DNA of 64,000 nucleotides from Candidatus Peregrinibacteria bacterium (GTDB taxonomy: Bacteria > Patescibacteriota > Gracilibacteria > UBA1369 > GCA-2718715). Both the position numbers and the translations under genes were made by a program. The stretch is from contig JAAZXH010000008.1 in NCBI GenBank assembly GCA_014240275.1, positions 32,653 through 96,652 on the forward strand, written 5' to 3'. Below the pieces are notes generated by a model. The model was not told the origin of the DNA and made no database searches. It saw nothing but the letters and a program-made list of their open reading frames with translations. Of the stretch, positions 60,921 through 64,000 are shown in pieces; within the stretch, counting starts at the first letter, position 1; the number at the start of each line of letters is the position of its first letter.

Positions 60921-61490
60921 ATGAAAGAAAATAAGTTTTTTGCAATCATAGGTCCAAGCGGATGTGGAAAAGGAAGCATCATAAAAGAATTAAAAAACAC
61001 ATACCAAGATTTTTTTTATCCCATATCATATACGTCAAGACCAATTAGAGATAATGAAAAAAATGGAGAGACCTATCACTTTGTCAGTATCGAAGAATTT
61101 CAAAATAAAATTAAAAACAACGAATTTTTAGAGTATCAACTAATACACAACCAACACTATTATGGTACTGACAGAAGATCTATCCAAACAAAACTCAAAG
61201 AAAGTCATATAATTAGAGAAATAGACTATCAAGGATTTAAAGACATCGCAAAAGTATTTCCGAAACAACAACTAGTATCAATCTTCTTAACAACAGAAAC
61301 TTGGGAAGAACTCAAAAACAGGATTCAAAAAAGACAAGCAATAAGCGAAATTAACCTCAAAGAAAGAGAAAAATCCTACCACATCGAATTAGAATTTGCT
61401 AAACAATGCAACCACATAATCTTTAACAAAGACCAACAGCTAGACAAAACAGTTAATGAAGTTAAAAAAATAATCAATACTTACTTATGA
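60921..61490 (+). CDS. gmk: Guanylate kinase
   Basis: GPSGCGKG, SYTSRPIR..EKNGETYHFVS, FLEY, YYGT, EIDYQG. Confidence 0.93.
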   Translation: MKENKFFAIIGPSGCGKGSIIKELKNTYQDFFYPISYTSRPIRDNEKNGETYHFVSIEEFQNKIKNNEFLEYQLIHNQHYYGTDRRSIQTKLKESHIIREIDYQGFKDIAKVFPKQQLVSIFLTTETWEELKNRIQKRQAISEINLKEREKSYHIELEFAKQCNHIIFNKDQQLDKTVNEVKKIINTYL

Positions 61491-61846
61491 TCAGGTTATT
61501 AATCAACATCGTATGTAATGGATTAATTTTAATAGCTTGTAGCAAGATATTAAGCACTACACTCCAAATCCAATCAATGGAAAACCTTATTCTATACAGC
61601 ATCATACTGTATATATTTAACTTACTCATTAAACCAATTGTTAAACTAATTAACTTTCCACTAAAAATCTTAACTTTAGGAGTATCCAGTGTAATAATCC
61701 AAGCTTGTATAATCTTATTTTGTGTAAGCTTTAGCAACATCATTCTACAAAACAACGGAATTATAATCACAAATGACTTTATTTCTTACATAAAAGTTGG
61801 TATTGTAATTGGGATCTTAGATTATATCAAAAATTTAATAGTTTAA
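61487..61846 (+). CDS. Phage holin family 4 / YvlD-like membrane protein
   Basis: NLLIKPIVKLINFPLKILTLG motif; four TM helices. Confidence 0.8.
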   Translation: MIRLLINIVCNGLILIACSKILSTTLQIQSMENLILYSIILYIFNLLIKPIVKLINFPLKILTLGVSSVIIQACIILFCVSFSNIILQNNGIIITNDFISYIKVGIVIGILDYIKNLIV

Positions 61847-61847
61847 A

Positions 61848-62060
61848 ATGAGTGCAATCAAAATAGTATATACGGTAGTTAGTCTACTCTTAATTATTAC
61901 AATTTTAAGCCAAGCCAGAGGGGGAGGTCTATCAGCAACTTTTGGGGGAGCAGGAGAATTCTATGCCCAAAAAAGAGGTGCAGAAAAAGTTCTATTCAAT
62001 ATCACTATGGTACTAGCAATCTTGTTCTTAGGGATTTCCTTGAGTTTTCATTTTGTCTAA
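61848..62060 (+). CDS. secG: Preprotein translocase subunit SecG
   Basis: Two TM helices with ILSQARGGGLSATFGG...KRGAEK loop. Confidence 0.92.
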   Translation: MSAIKIVYTVVSLLLIITILSQARGGGLSATFGGAGEFYAQKRGAEKVLFNITMVLAILFLGISLSFHFV

Positions 62061-63656
62061 ATGAATTCAGTCTTAAAAAGGTACAAAAAAAAGGATGTTT
62101 TAATAACCAAAGTCTTATTTGGACTAATTTTAGTAATTATATTTACTCAAATTATAAATGCTATCATCTCACCATTTTTTAACGATCCAAATAAAATCAT
62201 CACAATTGGATCATATTCAAATTTTACGCAATATAACCCTATTTATTTTAACAAAGATCAAGCCAGTCGAGATTTATCTGAGTTAGAATACAAAAAATTA
62301 ATTAAATACAATCCTGAAACCAAAGGTTTTGAAGCAGATCTTTGTACATTTATAATTGAAAACGAATCTAAAACGATAAAATTAAGATTACAACCCAACC
62401 AATTTTGGCACAATGACGAAGCAATAAGCAACAAAGACATAATTTACACACTACAAGAACTTTATTTGTCACCAGAGTATAAAAACCCACTAATAAAACA
62501 AAATTTTCAAAAAACAGAAATATACGAAAATAAAAACCAAGAAATTGTATTTGAGATACCACAAGCCAATAGCTTTTTTATTGCAAACCTTGAAATTCCA
62601 ATTTTTGCACAAACAGATCTAGAAAACCAAGATATTAATCAACTCAATTTCGAAGATCTTAATGGTAACAATAATTATAAAATCGAATCTGAAACACAAG
62701 AAGACAGCCAAAGCATATTCAAACTCAAAAAACAAAAAAAAGAAGTTCAGAACAGACAAATCAATTATCATGCAATTTTTAACAAAGACCATGCTATAAA
62801 GCAACAAAGTAACTTTGACGATTTAGTTGGACTCCAGGAAGGAGAAATAGCAATCAACCCTAATAAATTTATAAAATCAGTTAGTCTTCCACGATACCAG
62901 GCAGTATTTTTTAATACTAACAATCAATTCTTAAGAAACATTAATATACGTTCGGCCTTAAATATGGCTGCCAACAAAAAAGATCTAGTTCCAAAACTCA
63001 AAGATCAAACAATTATTGCTAATCCTTTCTTTCAATTTGATAACATTAAAAACATTCCAGATATCAAAATTAACATTATCCAAAATCTACTAATTGAAGC
63101 AGGCTTAAAACTACAAAACAACCAATTTTACTACAACAACCAAGCTATCCAACTCACGTTGACTTATCCAAACTATCAGGTGAATCCAAGCAAAAACAAA
63201 ACAAATCAAATAATCATTGAACACTTAATTGAAAACTTCAAAAAAATCGGTATTAAACTTATCCCACAACAATATGATCTAGATATTTTCCAAAACTTAT
63301 TATTGAAAAAAGAATATGATTTAATTTTGTATGGTCAAGACCTAGGAAATAACTTTGACGCTTTTAGCTTCTGGCATAGCTCACAAGCCAAGCCAAATAA
63401 ACTTAATTTAAGTAATTTAAAAGATCCATTAATTGATAATTTATTAATTAATTTAAGAAAAAGTGAGCAGAATCTACAAGGGGACTTAATTCAATCTCTC
63501 AATAAAAAACTCAAACAAATTGTACCTGCAATTTTCCTGCATACAGAAAATAACAGAATTTTAATTGACAAGCGCGTAAAAAACCGTAAAATCATTAGTG
63601 ATTATACAAACTTAGCACAACGTCTAAGTAACATACATAAATGGAAACTTAATTAG
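62061..63656 (+). CDS. ABC transporter substrate-binding protein, family 5 (OppA-like)
   Basis: N-terminal TM, YNPIY, ADL, FWHND..ISNKDIIYT, VFFN, IRSAL, YDLILYG, FWHSSQ. Confidence 0.85.
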   Translation: MNSVLKRYKKKDVLITKVLFGLILVIIFTQIINAIISPFFNDPNKIITIGSYSNFTQYNPIYFNKDQASRDLSELEYKKLIKYNPETKGFEADLCTFIIENESKTIKLRLQPNQFWHNDEAISNKDIIYTLQELYLSPEYKNPLIKQNFQKTEIYENKNQEIVFEIPQANSFFIANLEIPIFAQTDLENQDINQLNFEDLNGNNNYKIESETQEDSQSIFKLKKQKKEVQNRQINYHAIFNKDHAIKQQSNFDDLVGLQEGEIAINPNKFIKSVSLPRYQAVFFNTNNQFLRNINIRSALNMAANKKDLVPKLKDQTIIANPFFQFDNIKNIPDIKINIIQNLLIEAGLKLQNNQFYYNNQAIQLTLTYPNYQVNPSKNKTNQIIIEHLIENFKKIGIKLIPQQYDLDIFQNLLLKKEYDLILYGQDLGNNFDAFSFWHSSQAKPNKLNLSNLKDPLIDNLLINLRKSEQNLQGDLIQSLNKKLKQIVPAIFLHTENNRILIDKRVKNRKIISDYTNLAQRLSNIHKWKLN

Positions 63657-63661
63657 ATATC

Positions 63662-64000
63662 ATGCAAATCCAAGTAATATTACAAGAAAACGTAAAAAAC
63701 CTAGGTCAAAAAGGACAAGCGGTAAACGTAAAAAGAGGTTATTTTATGAACTTCTTACTACCACAAAACCTTGCAAGCTTCGCAACTAAAGGTAAACTAA
63801 TAGAAGCCGCAGAGGTTGAAAAGCAAGTCCAAGCAAAATTAGCAGAAGCTAAAAAAGAAGCTCAAGCAAAATACGAACAGATCAATGGCAAAACCCTGAA
63901 ACTTAGTTCTAAGGTTACCAAAAAAGGTAAACTTTACGCTAAAGTTAGTCAAAACAAAATTGCTGAATTGATCCTGACTGAATACAACTTATCAGTAGGA
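63662..64000 (+). CDS. rplI: 50S ribosomal protein L9, truncated by window end
   Basis: Manual translation: MQIQVILQENVKNLGQKGQAVNVKRGYFMNFLLPQNLA...GKLYAKVS. Confidence 0.93.
   Translation, partial: MQIQVILQENVKNLGQKGQAVNVKRGYFMNFLLPQNLASFATKGKLIEAAEVEKQVQAKLAEAKKEAQAKYEQINGKTLKLSSKVTKKGKLYAKVSQNKIAELILTEYNLSVG

Noticed and set aside
61487-61846. Prophage, suggested by a holin-family gene
   Set aside because: YvlD-like membrane proteins are common chromosomal genes. The neighbours are gmk and secG, with no phage genes.
1-64000. Alternative genetic code (TGA=Gly, code 25, as in Gracilibacteria/Absconditabacteria) or global TAA recoding
   Set aside because: Long genes are uninterrupted under code 11. 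TGA ends rnhB, rmlD, queA, pdhA and gmk at their expected C-termini, and TAA ends most other genes.
1-64000. CRISPR array, IS elements, rRNA, introns or inteins
   Set aside because: No regularly spaced direct repeats, transposase motifs or rRNA-like segments seen by eye. dnaE, nrdJ and ruvB show no intein-sized insertions.

Overview
AT-rich, gene-dense bacterial chromosome segment that looks like a Patescibacteria (CPR) genome, possibly Peregrinibacteria-like. This is inferred from gene content (VirD4-like ATPase, sigma4/HARE-HTH protein, VanW, SLH proteins, secG-OppA pair). It uses standard code 11: TGA ends genes at their homologous ends. Most genes are housekeeping: rml sugar genes, proS, infB, rpsA, clpC, ruvB, aspS, dnaE, queA, tsf/rpsB, valS, dcd, nrdJ, guaA, a pdhABC-type cluster, typA, ssb, gmk, secG, rplI and three tRNAs (Arg-UCU, Leu-UAG, Asn-GUU). 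I saw no transposase, prophage or CRISPR array. Best candidate for a little-described system: a two-gene operon (30757-34592) with a PKD/7TM membrane protein and a fusion of an ATP-grasp peptide ligase, a degenerate aspartyl-protease-like domain and a DUF1704/QEGLA (MATCAP-like) metallo-carboxypeptidase, i.e. a possible writer-plus-eraser peptide-tagging enzyme. Other highlights: a full-length proS with one in-frame TAA inside the rml operon, a decaying lipA upstream of intact E1/E2 genes, a ~150-nt unannotated rod-like RNA between ssb and gmk, a CIRCE element over the clpC promoter, a degenerate DnaE PHP domain and very strong strand compositional asymmetry. All family assignments are from motif recognition by eye; no searches were run.
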